A stretch of 64,000 nt of DNA, taken from the NCBI GenBank assembly GCA_030264375.1, contig JASCQW010000099.1, positions 49,225,740-49,289,739 on the forward strand, in the 5' to 3' direction. The translations under genes and the position numbers were made by a program. The notes beneath the pieces are model-generated. The model had not been told where the DNA came from and ran no database searches. It worked only from the letters and a program-made list of their open reading frames with translations. How positions within the stretch are numbered: the first letter of the stretch is position 1; each line of letters opens with the position of its first letter. Of this stretch, positions 24,105 through 36,555 are shown in pieces. Source of the DNA: Carcharhinus longimanus. Lineage: Eukaryota.

Positions 24105-25340
24105 AACATAGAAAATAGGAGCAGAAGGAGGCCATTTGGCCCTTCAAGCCTGCTTCACCATTTATTATGATCATGGCTTATCATCCAATTCAATAGCCTG
24201 ATTGCCCTCACCCTTGCCCTCTATCTGTGGTAGCAAATTCCACAGGCTGACCACCCTGNNNNNNNNNNNNNNNNNNNNNNNNNNNNNNNNNNNNNNNNNN
24301 NNNNNNNNNNNNNNNNNNNNNNNNNNNNNNNNNNNNNNNNNNNNNNNNNNNNNNNNNNTTATGATCATGGCTTATCATCCAACTCAATAGCCTGATTGCC
24401 CTCACCCTTGCCCTCTATCTGTGGTAGCAAATTCCGCAGGCTGACCACCCTGGGTGAAGAAATTTCTCCTCATCATGTCCCAAACCTCTATCCTGAATCT
24501 TCAGACTGTGACCTCTGGTTCTGGACACCCCCACCATCGAGAACATCCTTCTTGCACCTGCCCTGCTAGACCTATTAGTATTTTTTTAGGTTTCTGAGAT
24601 TCCTCTCCCCACATCACCCCCCCCCCACCCACTTTCATTCTTCTGAACTCCAGCAAATATAACCTTAACTGACTCAATCTCTCCTCATATCTGCCATCCC
24701 AGGAATCAGTCTGATAAATCTCTGCATTCCCTCTATAGCAAGAACATCCTTTCTCAGACAAGGAGTCCAAAACTGCACACAATTTTCCAGGTGTGGCTTT
24801 ACCAAGGCCTTGTAATTGCAGCAAGACATCCCTGCTCCTGCATTCTAATCCTCTCGCTATGAAGGCCAACATTTGGCTTTTTTACTGCCTACTGCACCTA
24901 CATGCTTATCTTCAGTATCTGGTGTATGAGGATACCCAGGTCTTGTTGCACGTTCCCTCTTTTGTAGCAAAAATAGGGCAGAAATTCAAAGTGGATAAGC
25001 TCACATTTATCCACATTATACTGCATCTGCCATTCATTTACCCACTTGCTCAACTTGTCCAAATTACACTGAAGCATCTCTGGATCCTCCTCACAGCTCA
25101 CCCTCTCACCCAGGTTTTGTGGCTTCTGCAAACTTGGAGATATTACATTCAGTTTCCTCACCTAAATCATTAATATGTAGTGAATAGCTGGGATCCCAGC
25201 CATACCCCATTAGTCACTGCAGGCATTTGGAAAAAGACCCCTTTGTTTCCTATCTGCCAACCAGTTTTCTGTCCATCTCAATACACTACCCCCAATCCTT
25301 TAATTTTAGATGCTTATCTCTTATGTGAGATTTTGTTGAA
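24105..25340 (-). mobile_element. CR1 (HER1-like) LINE 3' region spanning a gap
   Basis: ORFs give LQCNLDKLSKWVNEWQMQYNVDKC, MLAFIARGLECRSRDVLLQL, YEERLSQLRLYLLEFRRM, RVVSLWNLLPQ; tail gaagggccaaatggcctccttctgctcctattttctatg on the - strand. Confidence 0.9.
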
Positions 25341-25569
25341 AGTAGCTGAAGCAAAGATTAATATGCAGCTAAGCAACACTTTGGGAACAGATTTGGGGAG
25401 TAGGATTAGCTTTGAATCCAACAAAGAGAAGAAGGGCCTTCACTATTGTTGTAAACCAATATGGTCTAATTGAATTGTGAACAGTACCAACAACAACATT
25501 GTGTTCCATGCACCATATTATAAATTGAACGGTTGAACAACACATAGGAAATTAGATTCTAGGAAAGGA

Positions 25570-25970
25570 CATAATTCTTAGGCCATTCAGCCCTTCAAGC
25601 ACCACCATCCAATAAGATTATGGAAGATCTGACAGTGGCTTAACATATGAATTAGGAATAGGCTACTCAGCCCCTCAAGCCTGCTCTACCATTCCGTAAG
25701 ATTATGGCTGGTCTGATTTCTTCACATTCCTGCCTATCCCCCTATAATCTTTCACCCCTACACCCTACTTAATCTATCTACCCTTGCCTTAAAAATATTC
25801 AAATACTCTGCTTTCGCTGCCTTTTGAGGAAGAGAATTCCAAAGGCCCTCTGAGGGGAAAAATTCTCCTCATCTCCATCTTAAACAGGTGACCGCTTATC
25901 ATTAGACAGTGACCCCCTGGTTCTAGGTTCTCCCACAAGATGAAACAGCCTCTCTGCATCCACCCTTTCA
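25570..25970 (-). mobile_element. CR1 3' end fragments
   Basis: Two CR1 tails (ggccattcagcccttcaagc; ggctactcagcccctcaagcctgct) plus terminal coding remnant (ORF 25789-25971). Confidence 0.75.
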
Positions 25971-28772
25971 ATCAAATTGGTCTCAATTCCAGTAATTTCA
26001 ATACATGGTAACATTACGTAACCCTGTTTAGTAATGCAATGTATTCTTACAAACAAGAAAATGAAAACACAGGAACTTTAAATCCTTGGCCACATAATTA
26101 ACTGACATAAATGCCCAGCAATATGTTGCAGTATTAAAGACCAAATTGAATTTCCTGCAGAGAAACAGGCCATTTGATCCAACCAGGTCTATGCTAACAT
26201 TTGTGCTCCCACTTTACTATTTCTAAACCTACTAATATATCTGTCTATTCTTTTTTTCTTCACAAACTTCCCTATTTGCCCCTTAAATACATCTATGCTA
26301 ATTGCTGAACTACCCTACGGGGTTTCAATCTCACCACTTCCTGTGTTAAGACGTTCCGAATCCTTTCATAATTTTAGAAATCTATCAGGTCACCCTTCAG
26401 TGAGGAGACAAGGGGTTGGTCTGTTTGGTCTTTTCTAATCATTGTGGCCCCTCAGTCCTGGTATCTTCATTGTAAATCTTTTTTTTGCACTTTCTCCATT
26501 GTTTCTATATCCATTGTGTCAGAAGGAGAACAGAAAAGTACAAAACCTTAATGTCCACAGCTGAAGTCAACGTGGCTACTCTCTCAGATGCCAAATCATG
26601 ATAGCAAAAAAATTAACAAACTTCAAAGAATGAGCAGTTAGACTCATAGTCTAGTTAAATACAATGCTAATGTCTGCAGTAGGAAAAGGAATGAATCATG
26701 CCAATTGTCTGTTAAAACTGCTTTTAAGATGTACTTTTCTGTGACCTGGTGAATGTGAATCTAGCAATTTTACAAGCAGAATGGTAACTGCAAACAGACA
26801 CAAATTTGGTGAAAGGGGAGGGAAATTCTTTTTTTAATACTTAATGGATTACATCCTGAGTTTCAGAAAAATATGCTTTATGGCCACAGCTGCCAGGCCA
26901 TCATTTTGGAAAGGGAGCCCCTCCACAGAATGGCCAGAGGCTGCAGCCATGTGATAAAAGGGGAGGGGGAGTATGTATTGGGGGCCACTCAGTCAGCCAC
27001 CTCCAGGCTCCTACTCTGATTTGTCCTCATTCGGAGATCTGTCCAGCGATGGCCCCAATCTGCCCATTGACTTATGCATATGTGCTCTCCCACTGCTGGG
27101 AAGGTAAATCTAACCACATCTCCAATGAGACTAGCCAGACGCAAGACCTTGTCAGCCGGCAGATCTAACTGCTTGCTGNNNNNNNNNNNNNNNNNNNNNN
27201 NNNNNNNNNNNNNNNNNNNNNNNNNNNNNNNNNNNNNNNNNNNNNNNNNNNNNNNNNNNNNNNNNNNNNNNNNNNNNNGAAAAATATCAGCCATGATTGA
27301 ATGGCAGAGCAGACTCGATGGGCCGAGTGGCCTAATTCTGCTCCTATGTCTTATGATCCTGTGGTCTAAGTGAATAGAATCCAGAGTTTTATAAATAGAG
27401 TCTTAGAGTGTCAGAGCAAAGTGATTATTGTAAAATTTCAAATCACCAGTTAGTCCCAAGCTGATCTATTGTGTAGCTCATTGTTAAAAGGAGAGAGGTT
27501 ACAAAGATCGAATAAAACCGTAAGATATAGGAGTAGAATTAGGCCATTTGGCCCATCAAGTCTGAGGGACTTTGTTTCAATGAAAAGAATCTGGGTTTGT
27601 TCTCCTTACAGTAGCGAGAGTTAAGGAAAGCTGGAATACAGATGTTCACTATCCAGATAAGTTTGGATAGGAAAGGAAGTATTTCCAGTAATGGGAGGGT
27701 CAGTAACCAGGGGAAATATCAGAACCATTTCTCTGCAGTTGTTGTGATCTAGAATGTTCTGTCTAAAAGGGTGGAGAATAATCATTTTGAGAAGGGAGTT
27801 GGATAAATACCAGTGAGTTTCCCGATCCACCATGGCAGGAACCAAAGGAAGATCCCGTGGGAAATTCACACAAACACGAAAACAGTTTTTGAACTCCTGC
27901 TGAATTCACCCTGGGATCTTGCTGTGCAAGAACTGGTACCAACGAACCAACAATCACTGTATTTAAGGGTAATTTGTTACCATTAGAGAATTGGGTAAAA
28001 ACGGTTTTAAAGGAGGAAATCTTTCTTTAGTAATGTTTAGAACTGATGCGTTGACTATATTTTAGATAGTTTCATATTTTCCTATAATAGATACCAATCA
28101 GGTCAAGGATCAATTTGCCAGAAAACACTGAGAGTGAAGGTGGCATGTCTGAGGGTAGGTTGCCAGTGTATTCAGTAACCAGAGCACAGTGACCGCTCCA
28201 CACACCTATCTCTCTCTTGCTTATTTCGTTCTGTCCTCGAACCTTCATTAAAAGTGCTGGTCTTGCTCTCCCTGCTGACTTCCTCCTGTTATTTATTTTG
28301 TGCCTGTCAGAAAAAATGTGAAGAAGAGCAAAATTGTACTGTGTTGTTTATTTTACAGACCAGCTCAGACGCCTGCGCTGTTAAACAGCACAATTCACCT
28401 TCAGCTCAACCCTGGCGACTTCCGATTTTTAAACTTAAAATATTCAGTGCATACCACCACAATATTTGCTCCAAGTGAAATATCAGCTTGTGCCATTATT
28501 TATTCCATGCCTAATAATGACCAGTCCTCCTCCCCACCTGTATTTACACTGTCCTTTCTTCTGTTCCATTTTGGTAGTGTCCTACCTAGCCAGTATGAAC
28601 CCATGACCAGAATACCATGCTCTAAAGTTACGCATCCCATTGTACCATTTGACCCCACATGGATCTTGCTCAGAAGTACCCCCTTTTAATACCCAATCTA
28701 CTCTGCTACCTAGGCCAGTTATCTGAGCTCCAGGGAAGAATTACACTGTAGCATGTAAGTCTCCCTGCAAAG

Positions 28773-29048
28773 TTAAAGTTTATTTTTATTAGTCACAAGT
28801 AGGCTTACATTCGCACTACAATGAAGTTGCTGTAAAAATTCCCTAGTCGCCAGATTCCGGTGCCTGTTTGGGTATATTGAGGGAGAATTTAGCATGACCT
28901 GCACATTTTTGGATAAATGTGGGAGGAAACCAGAGCACCCAGAGGAAACCCACTCGGACACAAGGAGAATGTAAACTTCACACAGATAATGACCCAAGTC
29001 GGGAATCGAACCCGGATGAGACAGTAGTGCTAACTGCTGTGCCACCAT
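28773..29048 (-). mobile_element. HE1-like V-SINE, tail type B (ATF3 intron 1)
   Basis: tttattagtcacaagtaggcttacattcgcactacaatgaagttgctg...gctaactgctgtgccacca. Confidence 0.9.
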
Positions 29049-31079
29049 GCAAAAGTTATAAATCAAAAAGGAAGCCCCTGACAAAAAGAGGTGGTTACAT
29101 TTAACCTTTGCATTCTGGGGCTGCCTACTCTTTCACCTACTGTGTATTTGATCTAAATGTGATTATGTTTGAAACTGGAGCCTGCTACTTTGTCTCCTAC
29201 TTCTATCCTTTATTTTTAAACACAGGAAAAAATCCAATTTTGTTTGATGCAGCTATGGTATTTAGTAGCCAATATTTTAACATTAAAATTTCCAACTATT
29301 GAGGACTTGTGTTGCCAATTAAAGTTTTTATAGAGCCAATGATAGCAAGGCTGCCTGTGTGGAGGTGATCAAGAATAGTCCTCTTTGCCCAGCTGCCATG
29401 TTGTTGGCATTTCCTGTGACAATTAGTACTTCCAACGGGCAGTAGAGTACTGTTGCCATCAGAAGCATTGCCAAGATCCATGGCTTGTGGTAAACACCAC
29501 AATAACAGCTACGTTTACACCTGTAGCCAATAACCATAGCAGTGCAGTTGACACACATTCCCAGAATAAATGGGAGCATGATGAGGAAAATCTGCAGACA
29601 TGACATTTCACTGTCTTTCCTATGTGGAGGTGGTGCCCTGCCGGGTTGGATGCCCAGAGGCTGTGTATCCATCATCAGTTTTCACACTGACATGCTGAAG
29701 AGAGATAATAGGCATCAAGTGCCATCAGTTTAAAAAAAATGGCATTAGCTCCAGATTATTTAATAAACTCAGTCTTTAGGGGTATTACAACTTGCAACAA
29801 GACATCTGTTTGAAAAATGTGTTGAGTGGTTATGTTTTATACTGTAGAGTCTTCTAGACTGCTAGAGGGCTCATTTCTATCAATCTTGGTTCTGAATGCC
29901 AAGCGCAATGCGAGGCAGCAGTCATATAAATGAGTGGCTGCTGATTTCACACCAAGTTACTGGCAGAAATCTTAATTAACTGTCACTCACATGTGCATGT
30001 TAAAGATAGTGCCCTTCCTGTTGTTGGATCTTGCCTTGTGCTGCAAGATCTGCTACTGTTGATTTATTGCTGTGTGAGAACTTGCAAGTAAACCTAATAA
30101 CTCTGCAAATTGATTCTTCTAGTAAATGTATCTAGATTGTTTGAAAAGCAATCAGTGTGGTATAATTAGGTCTTCCCCAATCTGTGTTGGGACATGTTGT
30201 ACTCCAGCTGATTAATATCTGGTGCAGTGTTTTATTTATTTTCAGTTTGCTTTCCGGTTTGGCTGAACTGGTTGCGTCAGCAATGTCTTGCAGCATCTAT
30301 TCATCTATCTATAGATCTGTACCCTGCCTGCTGTTCTACAGGATGACAATGCATCTCTTAAACAGGAGTGGGGGTTGCCCAAATCCTCAGATGAGGAGTG
30401 GCCTCCAACTCAATTTACATCACTGGTGGGGCTTCCTGAAGGTACAATGTGGGCACATCCACCATACATAGGCTGGAAGTTTAAACTTCCGATTGCTGGT
30501 TTTACCCCTGCCTGGATTGTTCCGTGATTCCAACAGCAGTGGGATCAGATGGCCAGGACCATGCAACCTCTTCCCCCCAACAATATTCACCACCCTCACC
30601 TGACACCTTGCCCTAACCCTGGCTCCTGTATAGTTGATGTCTAGAAGCGAATATTGTATGTGTATGGCTGTGGGGGGGAGGGGGTGGGGGAGTGAGAGAG
30701 GTGAACTGTCAGGGATGGGAAGGGGTGAATACTATCAGGGAGGGAGTGGGGGCAGATGAACACTAGGGTGAAGATGGAAACAAACAGCGTCAGATGTTGG
30801 GGGGCTGTACATTTCAGGTCTGGGGGAGAAGCAAACATTGAGAGGTGAACATTATCCAAGGTGGGGGCATTGTGCAGTGTTAGTGTTGACGGCTCAATTT
30901 AAAACCGTATAAGTCAATGAACTGAAGTCACAACTTCAGTCTTCAGTTCATGGCAATGAAAAGGGACATGACTGTGCTGGAATTACACTCTCCACTTGGC
31001 CTACCAATTCTGTTTGTCTCTACACNNNNNNNNNNNNNNNNNNNNNNNNNNNNNNNNNNNNNNNNNNNNNNNNNNNNNN

Positions 31080-31980
31080 ACCGGTACCAAAGAAAATCCA
31101 GGCAGTGCCTTAATGACTATAGTCTGGTGGCTCTGACATCCATTATTATGAAGTGCTTCGAAAGGTTTAGTCATGGCACAAATCCATTCCAGATTGCCAG
31201 GATCTACTATAGTTCATCTACCGCTGCAATAGGTTCACAGCAGACACCATCTCCCTGGCCCTGCACTCAATCCTGAGACACCTATGTCAGGCTCCCATTT
31301 ATTGATGACAGCTCTGCCTTTGACACCACTATTCCTACAAAACTCATCTCCAAACTCCGTGGCCTGGGACTCAGCTCCTCCCTCTGCTGGATCCTGAATT
31401 TCCTAACTCACAGACTGCAATCAGTAAGGATAGGCAACAACACCTCCTCTGCAATCATCCTCAACACTGGTGCCCCACCAAGGTTGTGCCCTCAGCCCCT
31501 TACTATACTCCTTATACACCTATGACAGTGTGGCCCAATTCCCTTCCAATTTGATTGTCAAGTTTACTGACAACAGCGCCATAGTGGGTCGGATCTCAAA
31601 AATGAGGAGATAGAGTACAGGAATGAGATACAGAACCTGGTGTGGTGACAATAATCTCTGCCTGGGAAAAGCAGCCAGCATTATTAAGAACCCCATGCAC
31701 CCCAGATGTACTCTCTTCCATCAGGAAAAAGATACAAGTGTCTGAGTACTTGTACCAACTGACTCAAAAACAGCTTCTTCCCTGCTGCCATCAGACTTTT
31801 GAATGGACCTACCTCACACTAAGTTGATCTTTATCTACACCCTAGCTATGACTGTAACATTGCATTCTACACTCTCTCCTTTCCTTCTGTATGTGTGCTT
31901 TGTCTGTATGTTGCACAAGAATCAATACTTTTCACCTTATACTCATACATATGGTGATGATGGATCAAATCATTCAAACC
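31080..31980 (+). mobile_element. Rex1/Babar LINE, internally deleted
   Basis: [20 protein letters not shown]; follows the 12454-13740 copy but jumps from aataatctct to gcctgggaaaagcagccagc; same 3' UTR. Confidence 0.85.
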
Positions 31981-34034
31981 CGTACATGCCTTTGCACCAT
32001 ACAGTCCTAACTTCTAAAAGACATACTTCTAATAGTGGCAACAGTTAGGAATGGAAGTGGAAATGCTATGCTACAGAATGGAACCCTGAGATCTAACCTA
32101 AAAGATTCCCAGTTGCTTATGTAATAGTAATAAATAATTGATCATGGAGGTGATGACAGGGCTACATTGAGCAAATGTTCATGCTGAGCAATGAAGGCAC
32201 AGCTGTCTTCTAATCTCACAACTATATTAGATCTTCACAGAAGCATTATGGTATGACGTTGCATCCATTCATTGACATCTCCCTGCTGCTTGGATATGTG
32301 CAACATTCTTCAAATTAGCCTTGAATTGATTGTGGGTATTTTTACATGGTGCCAATTCTAGATTAATACTTGAATTACAGCACTCTGAGAAGGATGTTCA
32401 TTCACGCGTCAATATAGGGTAGCCAACTGCCTGTGTTTACACAGGGCTTGGTAATGCAGAAGTTTCACAGTCAGGGCAGACTCTATGGAACTGCTCCACA
32501 TAAGGATTAGAACGTTTGCATCATTTCATCTCCAGAAGCTGAGTTTGAATTCAGTCAAGATGCATTGAAAAACTTTTCAGAAAGGGCCTAAAGTGAGGGC
32601 GACTAACAGTATAGGGCCAGATGACAATATGAAAATCATTTATACCTTTTCCCCATCTTTACACCAGTTTCAGTATCTTTGTTTCTAATAAGCAGTTGAC
32701 TCAGACACCAAGATAGATTTTTCTGTTGGTATTGGGTCAGCTGATTTTTGACTATTGCAGTGAATGAAGTGCAGCAATTACAATCAGAGTCCCAACCATG
32801 CAGAAGGAGGCCTTTTGGCCCATCGAGTCTGCACTGACTATTGCCAAGGTTACAAAATCAGCTATGGGGACTTGACATGTTACCTTGCCCTATGTTTGTG
32901 GAGTGATGCCCCTCAAACTATATATAACCAATTGTCTCTCTCTAATGGAGAGAGATGCCTATGGGTTCTTTGTGGGCAATGGCTAATTATTTCTTATTTA
33001 CAAGTGATCTTCATTGTGAAGGCTCACACTTGGTAATGGCCATTTTGGAGTCATAGAAATTGAGAATATTATTTTTAAACAGCCCAGGGCAGATTTTATT
33101 TTTTCTTTTTAATTATGCCTGGCAGATAAATGCCACCAAACAGATCTGTTTCTCTCAACATTTGGATATATTTTAAAATGATTAGGAATATGGATTTAAT
33201 TTTTTTAGGGACAATTTGAGTACGTACTTCTGGTGGACAGCCTTGCTCAATGAATGTACAAATCTGGAAACTGTCTCAACCAAGTTCATTTTAGTGGATG
33301 GCAAGTCACTGATTTACCTAACATGTTCTTTGGTGAATGAGATTCCTGCCAAAATGCATGGGCAGAATTTTATATTCTGAGGGATGAGTTGGCAGGTAGC
33401 TGGTAGATGAAATGCCATGACACCTTTCCCAGTCCTACCCACTCTTCCCACCCCACAGCAATGTGTTGGTGACAGCAGAACCAAGTCTGAAATCTGTTAA
33501 GTCTCTCCTCTTGGGCTGTTGGTGAGAGAGTGGTGGACGATACTCCTCCTAAGATGTGGTTCCCCTATCACCACCCCTTCCAAGGGTTTCCCTTTCTGTT
33601 GACCTGTGCATGCCAGTCCCCCAACATGCCAGGAGTCTCCCTCTACTATACCTCTGTATCTGGCTCCAGCAACGATCTTCTTTGAGGCTTGTTGCAGTCC
33701 CAGCAGTGACCACCACTCCCAGAGGTGCCACTAGGTGCAGAGAGCTGCCAGCGTTTTAATGGGAAGTGGGATTTCTACTGCAGCCTGAGCCTAAATAAAC
33801 TGCCATATGGAGGTATCTGAGGACAGTCATTTGGATATGAAAGCCTCAGAACAAGGATGTATCCTGGGAAGATCAATGAATTAAATATTCCATACACTTG
33901 TGAACTACCAACCACTAGTATATTGGAAATAGAAATGAAAGCTTTAGATACTACTGAGAAATTTTAAAAAATAGTGCCTCACCAAGTGGAATCAAGGTTC
34001 ATGGTCTGGGATCTTGCAATTCAACTGGGTTTTA

Positions 34035-34310
34035 TGGTGGCACAGTGGTTAGCACTGCTCCTTCATAGCACCAGGCACCCAGGTTCAATTCCTAATTTGG
34101 GTCAATCTTGATCCGGAGTCTGCATGTTCTTACTGTGTCTGCATGGGTTTCCTCCCACAGTCCAAAAGACATGCTGGTTAGGTGCATTGCCATGCTAAAT
34201 TCTCCCTTGGTGTATCTGAACAGGTGCCGGAGTGTGGGAACTAGGAGATTTTCACAGTAACTTTGTTGCAGTGTTAATGTAAGCCTACTTGTGACACTAA
34301 TAAATAAAAC
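34035..34310 (+). mobile_element. HE1-like V-SINE, tail type B, ~200 bp before ATF3 exon 2
   Basis: tggtggcacagtggttagcactgct...gtaagcctacttgtgacactaataaataaa. Confidence 0.9.
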
Positions 34311-34531
34311 TATTTTGGGGGTGGAAAATGATGAGCACTAGTCCACAGGGAGGGGGAGAAAGTAAGTCAATTTATGCTACATTTGGATATTTCCCAGCGG
34401 CACATTCTGGATTGTCATTTTGTATGCCAGGGGTATAACTTAAGAAAAATGAGAAACCATTATCTGAAACCTTAATTTTACTACCATTGCCTGAAATTTC
34501 ATGCTCATTGTTCTTCTTAACAGCCAATACC

Positions 34532-34762
34532 ATGATGCTCCAGCACATAGGACAAGTATCTGCGTCAGATGTCAGTACAGCAGCAGTCGTTCCATGTATT
34601 TCACCCTCAATGTCTTTGGTATTTGATGAATTTACAAACATTACCCCTCTGGTCAAAGAAGAGCTGCGATTTGCCATTCAAAGCAAACGGATATCAAATG
34701 GTGCCTCGACCATGGACTATTTCATAGGAACTGAGAGCTCAAACGAAGCAGCAGAAAAAAAG
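34532..34762 (+). CDS. ATF3: Activating transcription factor 3, coding exon 1 (exon 2; exon starts 34524)
   Basis: MMLQHIGQVSASDVSTAAVVPCISPSMSLVFDEFTNITPLVKEELRFAIQSKR... matches human MMLQHPGQVSASEVSASAIVPCLSPPGSLVFEDFANLTPFVKEELRFAIQNK; acceptor ttcttcttaacag, Kozak accATG, donor AAG|GTGCGT; 77 codons. Confidence 0.97.
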
Positions 34763-34939
34763 GTGCGTTACGTAAATGTATACCTTGGGAATACTAAAAT
34801 TTGTATTATAACTTGAACACAGAAGGTAAAACATTACAAAGTAAACTGTGAACTAAAATTAATGGTGATGTTTGATTTTTGAGGTATTGCTACCATCATA
34901 CAATTCCAGGAAAGTGAGTTTGGATATTCATTCTTGCAG

Positions 34940-35047
34940 ATGACACCACAGGAAGATGAGAGGAGAAGACGAAGGAGAGAAAGGAATAAAATAGCCGCAG
35001 CTAAATGTCGAAACAAGAAGAAGGAAAGGACGGACATATTACAAAAA
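34940..35047 (+). CDS. ATF3: ATF3 coding exon 2 (basic DNA-binding region)
   Basis: [36 protein letters not shown]; acceptor ttcttgcag, donor AAA|GTAAGT; 108 nt, phase 0. Missing from the ORF track because it is short. Confidence 0.97.
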
Positions 35048-36257
35048 GTAAGTTGATAAGTCACAATTTCTTTGGCCTGAAGTATGGGTGCTTATGGTAG
35101 CTCCATTGCTCAGATTTCATAGAAAGTCTTGTATTACCTGCATGGCCACTGACAGTCAAAGTTGTTTCCAGCTCTTTACACTTTTTTTTAAGTTTCCAAA
35201 ACAATAGTAATATTTGGTCAGCCAGTTTCAATGTTTGCTATGTCTGGGTGAAGCCTGAAAACTGATCCATAGTTGGAGAAGCGTTATTCCTCACAGTAGA
35301 TTGACCTTGTTCCCACGCTCTGTGTTTCAGCATCAGCCATAGTATGCAGACTATTTGGCATTGAACTTCACACTGTGGTGTCAGGTTCCAACTGACTGAG
35401 GTAGAACTGAGGGAATATGTAAAAAAAAATAGTTACTTGTGGGTAAGCCTGTGAGGAAAATGAAACTGTGAAAAATAAATTTAAAAAGGACCATTTTGGG
35501 AATTATAGGTATTGATATGGAGGATAAATATTCAAATGTGACCCAGTTTGAGGATGCACTTTATCATCGTCATTAGAAGTATAATTTTAAATTGGTTGTC
35601 AGCATAATTCTTAGTACACTGATTATTTACCAAGAGTGTCAGTTAGAGTCACAATATCATGCATTTGCGTGTACTGGAAGATGTATGTATTAACCCAGGG
35701 GCCTGTTCTTTGAAGACGGACAGACAATATACCCACATTGTGCTTGTTTCAACTAACCAAAATAAGTGACAGTCATTTGCTGGTTCTGGCAGTGTCTCGA
35801 CCAATCAAGCTGCTTGGTTTAAATTTCAAATAATGCTTGGCAGTTAACTGTTAGTGAACATCCAATTGGTGTCCTCTCCATGAATTCACTTGCCAGCAAT
35901 CTGCACTCACTCCTCATACAGTATTAATATGTTGTTTCCCTTGACATTGGTATTTTCTTGCAAACTGGCCTGACAAATGCAAGGCAAAAAGCATTGCCAA
36001 ATATCTTTTTTGCATGAATTCTCAAATATTGTGCTACAAAAATATTTAAGAATTATTTCCATAACTTCCAGTTAACTATTTTTGCAGCTGCCAAGAAAAT
36101 GGCACCTCAGTGTAAATATGCAATGAATAATCTAAAACAAAATGCTATTGGATAAGCCGAGTATTTACATGTCAAATAACATTTCCCTCTTTGTGGGTAT
36201 CCCATGAGACAGGCTGAAACATGACCAATTCTTTTTAGTTATCTCCTGCTAAAGAGA

Positions 36258-36555
36258 GAAAGAGACAAGGTTCACTCTTGGAATAGACTGCCCCAGTGGA
36301 CAATAAGGCAAGGGATATTGCGGATCTCCCCTGTTTCAGTCTGAAAGGACTCAGTCATGTAGCATTTAAGGGCCAAAGCTACCTTCTTTGCCACAGAGTG
36401 CTGCCTATGCCCTGCTTTGAGGTTTCAAATGGGGCTGCAGCAAGTGATTAAACTTGGTCACAGCCTCATAGGCAGCTCACCCACATCAGGTTGAAATAAG
36501 AAAACTGTTGTCTAACAAAATGCACATCTCCTTCCTCCTCCCCCCTCTCTAAGCT
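36258..36555 (+). repeat. Left arm of ~300 bp inverted repeat (partner 41529-41831)
   Basis: By-eye alignment to the reverse complement of 41529-41831: about 12 substitutions and 3 small indels. Confidence 0.95.

Noticed and set aside
24164-24452. Near-identical ~95 bp direct repeat on both sides of a 100-N gap
   Set aside because: Most likely an unmerged contig overlap or allelic ends inside a CR1 tail, not a real duplication.
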